The translations under genes and the position numbers were made by a program. A stretch of DNA of 64,000 bases, from IMG/VR virus record IMGVR_UViG_3300042923_000619, positions 64,001-128,000 of that record. The stretch is one strand, 5' to 3'. Below, in pieces: positions 21,133-31,200 of the stretch; the stretch's first letter is position 1, and the number at the start of each line of letters is the position of its first letter. Source of the DNA: a virus. Below the pieces are notes generated by a model that was not told the DNA's origin, did no database searches, and was given only the letters and a program-made list of their open reading frames with translations.

Positions 21133-21398
21133 AACTAAATCTACTCTCTTCCCTTTATAATTTCTAAAATATTTTAATTTATCTATTGACTATTTACTTT
21201 TAAAGTTTTACAATTAAAGTGTAAAAGTATATTTTAAATACACTAAAAAGACTTGCATGATATCACATCGTTCAAATCCTTTATAATATATTTAAAATAA
21301 TATAGGCGTTGAGAACATACCTCAAAACATGCATAACCTATATTATCTAGTTGCTTAAATAAGGTTCGGCTTAAATTAAGCAATATATGTATTGTTGA

Positions 21399-22316
21399 TT
21401 AATTTGCTTTCTTTAAAGTTAAATTTTTGTCTACATCTATACCAACTTGATTAGCATAAGTACGAACTATCTTTTCAACTTCATACATTTCTGTTTCAGA
21501 TAAACTATCTAAAGGTTTTTCTTTTCTTGCTCTTATATTAATTCCTAATTGATAATTTACTTTAGACCATAATTCATTCCAACAATCAGCAAATTTGCCA
21601 TTAAACTCTTTAAATACAATTGTCTTCATTAATCTATTAATTACTTTTCTTGACTCCAAAATATCTAAAGCATGAGTTGTAATAGTTTCTATTTTATCTT
21701 CTAACTCAACAATTCTCTTATTTTTAATGGAATTATATTCAGCTTGACATTGTAAATATCCTTGAAAATTTCCTTCACAAATATAAACACCCATTTGTAG
21801 TTGTAATTCTTTTTCTTTATCCATTTCGTTTATTATATTTTCTTTAACTGTTTGTCCATTGTCTTGAATAGCGTTATTAGATTCATATTCAATATCTAAT
21901 AATCGTGTTCTAATTTCTTTGGCGATTTCAGAATCTCTCAATAACATACCTACTCTTAATATTGAACGTTTTGAAAATAAATTTAATCCAGTATTATTAA
22001 TTGCTATTTCTTTTCCATCAATAACTACAAGCGACCTAGTTCTCTCATTTCTTACGATATGTCCTTTTAAAACATTTCGTAAAATATCATTCTTTTTGAA
22101 TTTTTTAAAACCATCTGACTCTAATTCATCTCTATTATCTTTTATTATGGATTGAATAGCCTCAATTCCAACTTCATAATAATTTGCTACCTGTTCTGTA
22201 GTTGCAAAATCACTATCACCAAGTAATAACAACCCTTTAACCTTTTCCAATACTTCAACCTTATTAATCATTTGTTCTCTTGTTTCTTTGTTTTGTAAAA
22301 TTTCTAACTCTTGCAT
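21399..22316 (-). CDS. Antirepressor-like DNA-binding protein (ORF6N-like)
   Basis: ATT.QVANYYEV...I..II..NRDELESDG and F.KRSILRVGMLLRDSEIA motifs typical of phage antirepressor-type proteins. Confidence 0.55.
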   Translation of the reverse strand: MQELEILQNKETREQMINKVEVLEKVKGLLLLGDSDFATTEQVANYYEVGIEAIQSIIKDNRDELESDGFKKFKKNDILRNVLKGHIVRNERTRSLVVIDGKEIAINNTGLNLFSKRSILRVGMLLRDSEIAKEIRTRLLDIEYESNNAIQDNGQTVKENIINEMDKEKELQLQMGVYICEGNFQGYLQCQAEYNSIKNKRIVELEDKIETITTHALDILESRKVINRLMKTIVFKEFNGKFADCWNELWSKVNYQLGINIRARKEKPLDSLSETEMYEVEKIVRTYANQVGIDVDKNLTLKKAN

Positions 22317-22376
22317 TCTTATTACCTCACTTCTTATTATTTTAAATTAATTTATTTAAATGAGGTATTTTGTTGA

Positions 22377-22875
22377 TAAATGTGAAAATATCCTAAAATC
22401 ACATTTAGCTAAATTGCTAATAATCGATATTTAATTTTAAAATGGTGAATTCTTTTGATAATGCAGTAATAATCACTAGACTGCAACCTAGAAATAATTC
22501 TAGTTATCTATATTTGGTTTTTATAGTGTAATAAAACACCAATAAATATACTAATTATCAAATTCGAATCTCACATAAGAGGCTAATCAAAAGTAAGATT
22601 TATAGATAATCAATATATTTATTGCTACTTTATCATTAATTAATTTATTTTTAAATTTTAGGCGATGGATAACTTCACATTATCAAATCGCCTTTCAACA
22701 TCTACTATAATAGTAGTCATGGAGTTAAACTCCTTCAATATGGGAATCTATACCCATTCTCAAATAGTTGGTTATCGAATACGAAATCCAACGCACTCCT
22801 TTTACACATGGTAAATGAGTATTGATAAAACATTTGTTTTATCAAATTTGGGTCACATCTCAATGAGTATATGCC
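22377..22875 (-). ncRNA. Candidate large structured RNA
   Basis: At least 10 hairpins and a multi-way junction in an ORF-free 500 bp; see findings; family not identified. Confidence 0.4.
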
Positions 22876-23100
22876 TTAATTAATTTGTTCTTCTGTTGGT
22901 TCAGACTCAACTTTATCTGAAATAGATAATTTTATATAAGCTGAATTAAACTTATCTAAATATTTCTTTAAATCTACCTCGCCAATTTCTTCAACTTCCA
23001 TCATGAATACTCCTTCTGGAAGACTATCTATTGATAGAGTCCCCTCTGCACTGAATTTGTGGTCAGTTATAATCTTTTCATTTATTAATTTCTTTGCCAT
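22876..23100 (-). CDS. yonK: YonK-like protein
   Basis: 74 aa; DLKKYLDKFN..YIKLSISDKVE resembles SPbeta YonK; synteny. Confidence 0.65.
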   Translation of the reverse strand: MAKKLINEKIITDHKFSAEGTLSIDSLPEGVFMMEVEEIGEVDLKKYLDKFNSAYIKLSISDKVESEPTEEQIN

Positions 23101-23137
23101 AATCTTTCTTATCTCCTTTAATTCTATTAATTTATTT

Positions 23138-24610
23138 CTATAAAGTTATTTGCATATCTCTATATGATGAAATAACTTTTGTAGTTCTATTTATTTTACT
23201 TAATTCTTTTTCAGATATTTTTTGCAATTCTTCCTTAGCTTCTTTAGAACCGTGCATTAATACAACTTTTTGACAATTGCATTGTTTTATATAATTTATC
23301 AAATCTTTTTGTGAAGCGTGACTGCTAAAACTATAATATCTTTTTACAATACAACGTTTCATTAATACACTTCCATCTATATTTACTTTATCAAAATTAT
23401 CATCTAATAGTTGTCCACCTATTGTATTCGGAGAACAATAACCACAGAATAATATTCCATTATGAGAATCTTGTAACATTTGTTTTGCGAATAGATTACT
23501 AAATCCTCCACTCACCATTCCACTACTTGATAGAACCAAGTAACCTTTAGGTTTTGATGATAAAAAGGCTTCACAACTCTTACCATCCTTAATGAATTTA
23601 AAAGCTTTCCAGTGCATTACTTCATCCCAATAAGCTAAATCTTCATCATCTAATACCTCATACATTTTATTGTTTAATTTATATCCTAGATTAGTTGCAA
23701 TAACTATTGGTTTAGACATATCCCATCTATCTTTAAATGTGTCATATAACCAACACATCATATTACTAAGCCTAGATAGGGCAAAACAAGGAATCATACA
23801 AGAATTATTGTAGTTAAGAAAACTTAATACATCTTTTTCTAATTGTTTTCTTTCTTCCAAACAAATTCTTTTGTTAAAATTTCTATCTCCTAATCCATAT
23901 GTACTTTCAATAAACAAAATATTTGAATTACTTACTGGAATAGTTGATTCAGTAAAATATGTATAAGAGTAATTATCTGTATTTCCTAAGTCTGAAGTAA
24001 ATGTGATTTTCTTTGTCACATTAGTTCCATATTTTTTAATAAATAATTCTAATTGTGTAGCACCTATTATATGTGAATTATTTGTAAATCTAAAAGATAA
24101 ACAATCATCTAATTGATAAATATTATCTAACTCATAAATATCCATCATATTCAAAGTATTATCTAAATCTTTTTCAACAAATAATTCTTTAACTCTTCCT
24201 TTTATTTTCTTTTTAAATTTATCTCTATTATCTCTTAAATATTGACATGATTTCATGTGTAATTTTATTGTGTCTTGTAGCATAGGTTTTGACAAGATAG
24301 CATTTGTTTTAGTTGTTATTATTCTGCCTTTAAAACCCATTGACGATAGTGAAGGAAGTAAAGCAATATGATCACTGTGAATATGAGCAATGAAACAATA
24401 ATCTGAACTTTTAATAGGAATATTGTTTAACATTTCCTTATTTAAAATATATTCATCCGCCATATCATTATTTTGTATCATTCCTAATTCTACTAATATT
24501 GTTTTTCTACCTTCATCTGTTAAATATGAAATAGTGGTATTACTTCCCACAACTTCTTCTGATTGGTTGCCTGACACTGTAATGACAACATCATTATCTT
24601 TTTTACTCAT
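23138..24610 (-). CDS. MBL-fold beta-CASP nuclease (CPSF73/Ysh1-like)
   Basis: HIHSDH, SHIIG, TSDLG, ESTYG, SSGM..GG and SFSSHA motifs; start placed at MSKK after a GGAG-type RBS (ORF track starts at 24640). Confidence 0.85.
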   Translation of the reverse strand: MSKKDNDVVITVSGNQSEEVVGSNTTISYLTDEGRKTILVELGMIQNNDMADEYILNKEMLNNIPIKSSDYCFIAHIHSDHIALLPSLSSMGFKGRIITTKTNAILSKPMLQDTIKLHMKSCQYLRDNRDKFKKKIKGRVKELFVEKDLDNTLNMMDIYELDNIYQLDDCLSFRFTNNSHIIGATQLELFIKKYGTNVTKKITFTSDLGNTDNYSYTYFTESTIPVSNSNILFIESTYGLGDRNFNKRICLEERKQLEKDVLSFLNYNNSCMIPCFALSRLSNMMCWLYDTFKDRWDMSKPIVIATNLGYKLNNKMYEVLDDEDLAYWDEVMHWKAFKFIKDGKSCEAFLSSKPKGYLVLSSSGMVSGGFSNLFAKQMLQDSHNGILFCGYCSPNTIGGQLLDDNFDKVNIDGSVLMKRCIVKRYYSFSSHASQKDLINYIKQCNCQKVVLMHGSKEAKEELQKISEKELSKINRTTKVISSYRDMQITL

Positions 24611-24703
24611 ATCGTATTCCCCTTTACCCTCCACCGACAAACGGTATGTTATTTTGTATTAATTAACAACTTATAAAACTATAAGCTCTATTATTAATAC
24701 AAA

Positions 24704-24737
24704 AAGGGGACTAAATAATAATACATTTAGTCCCCTT
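24704..24737. terminator. Intrinsic terminator after the HU gene
   Basis: AAGGGGACTAAAT...ATTTAGTCCCCTT. Confidence 0.7.
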
Positions 24738-24747
24738 AAAAGTCTTA

Positions 24748-25053
24748 TTATTCTGATTTCTTTGCTTTAACCTTTTTAACTTTAATTACATCCTCAGCAG
24801 GAATTTTCTTAATTTCTCCAGTCTTAGGTACTTTCTTGTCATGTGCTTCCACATGTCTTAGTTCAAGTTCTAATCCTGCAAATCTAACTTTTTGACCAAC
24901 CTTTAGTCCATCATAAATTAGTTGTAGTCTATCTGCTACTTCTTTTTCAATTTGATCAGCAAGTCTTCCTTGTTCTGCCTTAGATTTAAATTCCATTCCT
25001 TTAGTTAATAATTCTACCTTTTCATCTTTCTTTAATGATACTGCTTTACTCAT
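24748..25053 (-). CDS. Divergent HU/IHF-like DNA-binding protein (YonN position)
   Basis: G.KVRFAG...VPKTGEIKKIPA...IKVK matches the HU arm. Confidence 0.75.
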   Translation of the reverse strand: MSKAVSLKKDEKVELLTKGMEFKSKAEQGRLADQIEKEVADRLQLIYDGLKVGQKVRFAGLELELRHVEAHDKKVPKTGEIKKIPAEDVIKVKKVKAKKSE

Positions 25054-25384
25054 ATTGTTTATCTCTCCTCTAATCTTTCTTTTTGTTTTTTATTTATAAC
25101 CCTTAATAGGGATATTTACTATTGTTATTTTTATTAATTTATTCCGAAACACTTTTTCTCATTTCTTCTCCTAAATGAACGCTAGTTACCTGTATGCAAC
25201 TTAAAACGTCCACTTTTAGGAGAGAAAAGAAATAAAATAAAGGGTAAAATGTTTATGAAAAAATTAAAAAGTATAGAGTGTATAGAAGATAGATTTATGA
25301 CTTTACTCGTCCCTCTATCTCCCTATTGGGGTAAAATACCAATCCTTGCATACGTTGGTATTACTAACTTAGAGCGTTATTCTA

Positions 25385-26218
25385 TTAGTCGATTAATTTG
25401 TTTTTTCTTTTGTTTTGTTGATATATTCTATCTATTTCTTTATGTTTTTCTTTGGCACACTTAAAACAATAATCTTGTTTATTATTACTTTGTTTAATTT
25501 CTTTTCCACACACTTTACAAAAGCTATAATCTTCTTTTTTTCTCCAGCTTAAATAATCAACAATCATATTTTCGGCAGTTCTTTCATTTAATTCTACATT
25601 TATAACAATATCATTTTCTTTAATTTGTTTTTGTCCATATAACAACTTTATATTTTTACCACCTAATGCAAAGACATTTTTCTTAAAATTATCTAAATCA
25701 TATATTAAGCTTTCTCTTTGAATAAACTGTGTAACTGATTTTTGTTTATACTTAAATCTAGCAAGTCTAAATATATCCCTACTATCATAATTACACCAAT
25801 AATCCTCCCGTTCTGTTCCTTTATATGTAGATTTAGCTAATACTAGCATACAATATAAAACTTTTTCTATTTCTATTGATTTGACTCCACCTACGTCCCC
25901 TATGTTTTTTATAAATTCTAACTCTTTTTGAGTTATCTTAATTGTTTTACTTGTTCTATAATTGCAATTATCATTTTTTGAATATTTATTAACGTATCTT
26001 TGCAATTTACTATCCCAATCTGCCATTATAAAACCTTTATAATTTTTTATCATTAAATCATCTAATTCATTTCTAATATCTGTTTTGCTTTTTTTACTCT
26101 GTTTTAAATACTTTATATAAGCAACTATTTTTTCATTTGTATTCTCATTTATCTTCTTTTTATTTTTGACTAAATCCTCAGCTATTTGTCTCTCATCAGT
26201 AAAACTCCATAAATTCAT
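25385..26218 (-). CDS. Hypothetical protein coupled to the RNA polymerase gene, C-terminal Zn finger
   Basis: CKVCG...CFKC; starts right after the yonO stop. Confidence 0.6.
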   Translation of the reverse strand: MNLWSFTDERQIAEDLVKNKKKINENTNEKIVAYIKYLKQSKKSKTDIRNELDDLMIKNYKGFIMADWDSKLQRYVNKYSKNDNCNYRTSKTIKITQKELEFIKNIGDVGGVKSIEIEKVLYCMLVLAKSTYKGTEREDYWCNYDSRDIFRLARFKYKQKSVTQFIQRESLIYDLDNFKKNVFALGGKNIKLLYGQKQIKENDIVINVELNERTAENMIVDYLSWRKKEDYSFCKVCGKEIKQSNNKQDYCFKCAKEKHKEIDRIYQQNKRKNKLID

Positions 26219-26219
26219 A

Positions 26220-29114
26220 TTATTTATCCTCCTTTTTATCTATTATCTTTGTCACCATTTTAAAATTATCACCATCATACTTTATATCACCATTATCATC
26301 TCTAATAGGAAAACTAATTGTTCTATTACTGTTATCTAATAGATTTTCTAATATATAGTTTCCTACCATAGACCAAACAAAAGCTTTACTAATGAGTTTT
26401 TTCTTATAAGCTAAAAATACTAATTTGTCACATAATTCTTGCTCATTCATTATTAGATTTTTCAAATCAACTTTTAAACTATCAAAGTTTTGTTTACTTT
26501 CTTCCATTCCTACTTCTTTATCCGAATTTTCATCGTTAACATTTCTTTTATTAGATATAGATGATTTATATATACTATATATATCCTTTATTTTATTAAT
26601 AGTTTGATTATCTACATTTTCAATTTCATTTGACATATATATAGAATAATCAAATTTTTTATCTATTAAGTTTTTATCATTATCTGACAAGTCACCTTCA
26701 AAACTAACTTCAACTTTATGTGCTATCTTATTGACAATACAAGGATTGTCACTTAATGGATTTTTTTCTAAATAATACTTTAACATTTCTTGTTCTTTTA
26801 AACTTTTGTTATTTTTATTTATCAATTCATCCAATGTCATTCTAAATTCTCTTAAACATAATATATTTGCTTCTTTTATGTAATTTAAATATTCATTGTT
26901 TGACTCCCCATATATATATCTAAAATAATATGGTTTCTTATAAGCACAAATACTTAACAAATATTCTTTTCCCTTAATGATTTCTTCAGAGTCTAATGAT
27001 AAATTTATGTTTCCAACAAATTTGTCATTTTTCTTTTGTCTAACCATATTTATTTTTATATATTCACACTTATTATCATACCAATAACTAGGTATTGGTT
27101 CAGGTGGTTTACCTTGTTTAGCAGAATCAATGCATGATTGTTGTATGTATTGTATACATTGTATACGTCTATCAAGTTCAATATACTCTTTACTACCTTT
27201 TAAAAATAAAGATAGTTTGTCATAAAAAGAACTTCCTACATTAGTAACACTTCCTACTTTATTACCAAATGAATTTTTAATAGCTTGTATATAATCTTTT
27301 CTTTGAGGATTAACCATTTTTTCTGCACTTTCACTATCACAATCTAAAGCTGGTAAATCAAATATACCATTAATTATTATAGAATTTGATGTTGTAAAAT
27401 TCATATCTGCATCGAAGTCCTCACCATTCATTGCCATACAAGAAGTATCCCAAGCATTAAATATAATCATATTTTCTATATCAGAATACCAATTATCAAC
27501 TTCTTGTTTGTTACAAATATTCATTACTCTAGCATTTTGTTTACAACTCATAGGACTTCTAAACGCTCCGACCTTTTCTATATTTCTATCTTTCCAATAT
27601 TTTATGTAAAACTCATTTGTATTTAATAATCCTTGTGGTTTTTTATTACACATTGCTTCTAATTGGATTACTGGCTCTCCAATTGCTATTTGATAATTCC
27701 CATTAACTTTTATTTTCCCTGTCTTTAACATATCAATTCTTTTAGATATTGCTCTTTTTAATTTATCCACTACAAAATCATCATGTATAGTATTTTTATT
27801 TATCATTAATGCTTTTATATGATAGTCATTTATATCATTTCCAAACCATACGTTTTCTTCTGTTATATCTTTTCCTTTACCAAAAAGAATTGATTTTTTA
27901 TAATTTTTACCTATTACTTCTTTTATTTCACTTATATTTTTATTTAATAATTTATCAATGTCATTATCATTTAAATCTAAACATTGTATGTACTGATAGT
28001 TTAGCATTCTTTCATTTTCTAATACTTTAGGAGTATATTTAGTTACCGAAAATCCATACTCATTCTTTAAACAGTTATCGCAATATTCTTCAATACTTTT
28101 GTAGAATGGGAAATTAAGTTTTAACATACTTTCATTAAGTATAATATCTACATCATCTATATTATGTACTTGTCCAAAAACATCTGTTACTTGAGTAGTT
28201 TTTAGTACTTCTTTACAGTATTCTTTAAATTTAAATTTTGTTACCATACCCTTTATCCAAGAATTTCTTATGCAAAATGATGATGGAATATAATCTTCTT
28301 GTAAGTCATTTGCCCATTTTTCTGCTAATTCATAAGAAATTAATCCACATCCATCACAAGCATTTAATTTTATTAATTTATTGTTTACTGGAAATGTATT
28401 CGGTTCTCCAAGTTCTTTATCAAATTTAACTTCAATAACATCAGCATTGAACTCTGTTTCAACATCTTTTACTACCAAGATTCTATTTGTCCATGTAACA
28501 GGAGTGCTTGAACTAAATGTAAGTGCCTTATATCCCATTATCTTATTTGGTAAAACTTCAACTGTTTTTATTTCTCCAGTAGATTTATCAATTTTTTCAG
28601 CTAAAAAATTTGCTCCATTATTTAATCTTATTTCCATTTCTTCAAGTAAATCTGACCTTATAAATAACACAACCGATTTTTTTAATCCCCCAGGAGTTCC
28701 TAAAAGTAATTCATACTTCTTACCATTAAGTTCAAATCCACTTTCTGAATATTTATCATATTGTTTATTACTATTAAATTCAACATTACAAATAAAGTCC
28801 TGTAATGAAGCCACTCTAATATCTTCTTGAAGTTGTCTTATCTCTTTTTTCAATTCTGTGTTGTTTCTATCTTTAATTATCTCTTTTCTTTTTTGTTTCA
28901 GTTCTGACTTTTTGTTATTTATGTATTCTTCATTATACTCGCTATTTAAAATATCTCTAATCATTCTAGTACCTTCAGAATCACCAATACCAACTATATA
29001 TCTTTGTTTTATTCCTTTAGATATGTTAGGTATTTTAACCTTACCTTTGTTTCTATCAATAAAATTACTATTAATTCTATAACAATATCTTTGATTTAGA
29101 ATTTGTTTACTCAT
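26220..29114 (-). CDS. yonO: YonO-like single-subunit DNA-dependent RNA polymerase
   Basis: 964 aa; two-barrel motifs DGCGLIS, IRNSWIKGM, FRSP and catalytic DFDAD (27405-27419); SPbeta synteny. Confidence 0.9.
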   Translation of the reverse strand: MSKQILNQRYCYRINSNFIDRNKGKVKIPNISKGIKQRYIVGIGDSEGTRMIRDILNSEYNEEYINNKKSELKQKRKEIIKDRNNTELKKEIRQLQEDIRVASLQDFICNVEFNSNKQYDKYSESGFELNGKKYELLLGTPGGLKKSVVLFIRSDLLEEMEIRLNNGANFLAEKIDKSTGEIKTVEVLPNKIMGYKALTFSSSTPVTWTNRILVVKDVETEFNADVIEVKFDKELGEPNTFPVNNKLIKLNACDGCGLISYELAEKWANDLQEDYIPSSFCIRNSWIKGMVTKFKFKEYCKEVLKTTQVTDVFGQVHNIDDVDIILNESMLKLNFPFYKSIEEYCDNCLKNEYGFSVTKYTPKVLENERMLNYQYIQCLDLNDNDIDKLLNKNISEIKEVIGKNYKKSILFGKGKDITEENVWFGNDINDYHIKALMINKNTIHDDFVVDKLKRAISKRIDMLKTGKIKVNGNYQIAIGEPVIQLEAMCNKKPQGLLNTNEFYIKYWKDRNIEKVGAFRSPMSCKQNARVMNICNKQEVDNWYSDIENMIIFNAWDTSCMAMNGEDFDADMNFTTSNSIIINGIFDLPALDCDSESAEKMVNPQRKDYIQAIKNSFGNKVGSVTNVGSSFYDKLSLFLKGSKEYIELDRRIQCIQYIQQSCIDSAKQGKPPEPIPSYWYDNKCEYIKINMVRQKKNDKFVGNINLSLDSEEIIKGKEYLLSICAYKKPYYFRYIYGESNNEYLNYIKEANILCLREFRMTLDELINKNNKSLKEQEMLKYYLEKNPLSDNPCIVNKIAHKVEVSFEGDLSDNDKNLIDKKFDYSIYMSNEIENVDNQTINKIKDIYSIYKSSISNKRNVNDENSDKEVGMEESKQNFDSLKVDLKNLIMNEQELCDKLVFLAYKKKLISKAFVWSMVGNYILENLLDNSNRTISFPIRDDNGDIKYDGDNFKMVTKIIDKKEDK

Positions 29115-29160
29115 TCTGTCACCTCAAATTACTTTTTATTTATTTAATTATATAATTTAT

Positions 29161-29487
29161 TTAAATTTCAATTAATGTTTTATTACTATATTCTTTTAAT
29201 GTTTCAAACAATTCATCTAAATCAATTTCATCGTCCAAATAACTCCAATAAGTCATCATTCTTATATCAGCATTTGCTAAATTGTCAGAATTAATTAATT
29301 CTTTCCCAATTAAAGCTTCCTCTATTTCGCATAATATATTCATTTGGACTTCCTCACAAAAATTATCATATCCTAAATACATTTCATACAAGTCTTCATC
29401 TTCGTTACAAGCCATTACTATTTCCTTTGTTTTGTTTAATAAATAAATTATATCTTCCTTACTTTTAATTTTCATATTCACTCTCAT
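29161..29487 (-). CDS. Acidic hypothetical protein
   Basis: 108 aa with RBS. Confidence 0.55.
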   Translation of the reverse strand: MRVNMKIKSKEDIIYLLNKTKEIVMACNEDEDLYEMYLGYDNFCEEVQMNILCEIEEALIGKELINSDNLANADIRMMTYWSYLDDEIDLDELFETLKEYSNKTLIEI

Positions 29488-29707
29488 CTTTTATTTCTCC
29501 TTTATTTTATAATTATTTTACTTCAAATTCCCAATAAAACACGCATTTGATTAAGTTTAATTCTATTAATTTATTAACTATACATTTAAACCATCTAATA
29601 CTTTCTCTGCCTTGTCCAATTTCAAGACAACAAAGTATATCACTTCAACTCCAAAAACTCTCTATAAAGCTAATAGACCACTTAAATTCGATTCTAACCT
29701 ATATGTA

Positions 29708-29929
29708 CTACTTATCCCTATTATATCTTTTTATTTTATGTATATCAGATGGTTTCAAATACCCACTACTAACATCAATACCATAACAATGTGCTTCGGT
29801 TATTAAATCACTTTTATTTCCTGTGTTATAATCATCCAAGTAATCATAATCATCGTAAAACCCATTTATGTATACTTCCCATTCTCTATCAAAACTTCTC
29901 TTTTGTGTTCTTCCTTCTAAAATTCCCAT
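29708..29929 (-). CDS. Hypothetical protein
   Basis: 73 aa with GAGGT RBS. Confidence 0.45.
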   Translation of the reverse strand: MGILEGRTQKRSFDREWEVYINGFYDDYDYLDDYNTGNKSDLITEAHCYGIDVSSGYLKPSDIHKIKRYNRDK

Positions 29930-30018
29930 CTATTCATACCTCTCACTTCTGTAATATTGTTTTTATTGTTTTTAATCATTAAATTCATTGTGTTTTCTCC
30001 TTTTCTTATATTAATTTA

Positions 30019-30303
30019 TTAATTAGCCATTCTATTTTTATTATTTCTTTTACTTCTAATATGTATTTCAAGCCATTCATCTAAATCATTATATTCCTTT
30101 TCTTCTGTTGGAGTTAATATGCCACTAAAATCTTTGATTTTTAACTCATCAAACCTAGCATATTTCTTTTCCAGTAACTTATCTTTTTTTGATTTAAACT
30201 CGATTACTTCACACATTGTCCTCACCTTCTTTCTTAATTGTATTAATTTGTTTACTACTTGTATGTTATGGAAAACTAGTGGATTAATTACTATCTCTTC
30301 CAT
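30019..30303 (-). CDS. Hypothetical protein
   Basis: 94 aa; internal AGGTGAGG RBS suggests a shorter start at MCEV. Confidence 0.45.
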   Translation of the reverse strand: MEEIVINPLVFHNIQVVNKLIQLRKKVRTMCEVIEFKSKKDKLLEKKYARFDELKIKDFSGILTPTEEKEYNDLDEWLEIHIRSKRNNKNRMAN

Positions 30304-30348
30304 AATTTAATAATAACATATTAAATTTTATTTGTCAACTTATTTCTA

Positions 30349-30933
30349 TTAATTTGTTTCCGACTTGTATTTTTCTTTTAATTCTTCTATATCTTTAATT
30401 ACATTTTCTAATTTATTAGTTACAACAAAGCTATAACATTTCTCTCCTTTGTTATATTTGTCATCTAATTCATAAAAATCTTGTCCAGTAAAATAACTTA
30501 TAGTAATTGCCAACTTTCTACTATTAACAATCTTAAATTTATACTTCTCTTTCTTTTCTGTTGTCTGATTAAAAGTATTGTTCACGCAAGTTTCTATATA
30601 TCTTGAAAAAGCAAAATCAGTAGTATATTTCTCCTTGTAATATTTTTCTATAGATCTTTTTACTTTTGTCAATGATTCTAATATTTCATTTAAAGAATAC
30701 TTATTACTTAAATCTTTAATGGTTTTATAAACTATTGGTGTTGGATGTTTAGTAATTTCATAAATTATACTAAAGCATTCCATCTTTATTTTATTATCGT
30801 TATTTGTTTTACTAATATAATCTTCTTTTTCTTGCTCACTACAGAAATATTTGTTACTTTTTCCTATTTTAACTTTTACTGATTCATTAGAATCTATTGT
30901 TTTTCCACATTTTTTACATTTTACCATTCTCAT
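30349..30933 (-). CDS. Hypothetical protein with N-terminal Zn finger
   Basis: CKKCG...YFCS; GGAG RBS. Confidence 0.6.
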   Translation of the reverse strand: MRMVKCKKCGKTIDSNESVKVKIGKSNKYFCSEQEKEDYISKTNNDNKIKMECFSIIYEITKHPTPIVYKTIKDLSNKYSLNEILESLTKVKRSIEKYYKEKYTTDFAFSRYIETCVNNTFNQTTEKKEKYKFKIVNSRKLAITISYFTGQDFYELDDKYNKGEKCYSFVVTNKLENVIKDIEELKEKYKSETN

Positions 30934-30987
30934 TTTATAAAATCTCCTTTATTATTTTTTTATTTTATTAAGGTAGAAATGTCAAAT

Positions 30988-31098
30988 ACATAGTTTTTGT
31001 ACATTTCTTAAAATTACAGGACTACTTTTTGTACATATTTGAAAACTACGAACATACTTTTTGTACATTTTATAATTCATTTGTACAGAAAGTATGTT
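30988..31098. repeat. 32-bp-period TTTTTGTACAT repeats plus one inverted copy
   Basis: Copies at 30994, 31026 and 31058; inverted GTACAGAAAGTATGTT at 31083-31098. Confidence 0.8.
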
Positions 31099-31200
31099 GT
31101 CAGTGTACCGTAAAATATATATTAAATACAATATATATTAATAAATAAATATTCATACAATAGAGAATTATTGTTTCGTGAAAAATTTCACTCACATTGG

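Noticed and set aside
22563-22569. TTCGAAT resembling a tRNA T-loop
   Set aside because: No flanking T-stem or cloverleaf on either strand; no tRNA was found in the window
25249-25464. Plus-strand 71-aa ORF
   Set aside because: Antisense to the operon, overlaps the upstream gene end and the hairpin block
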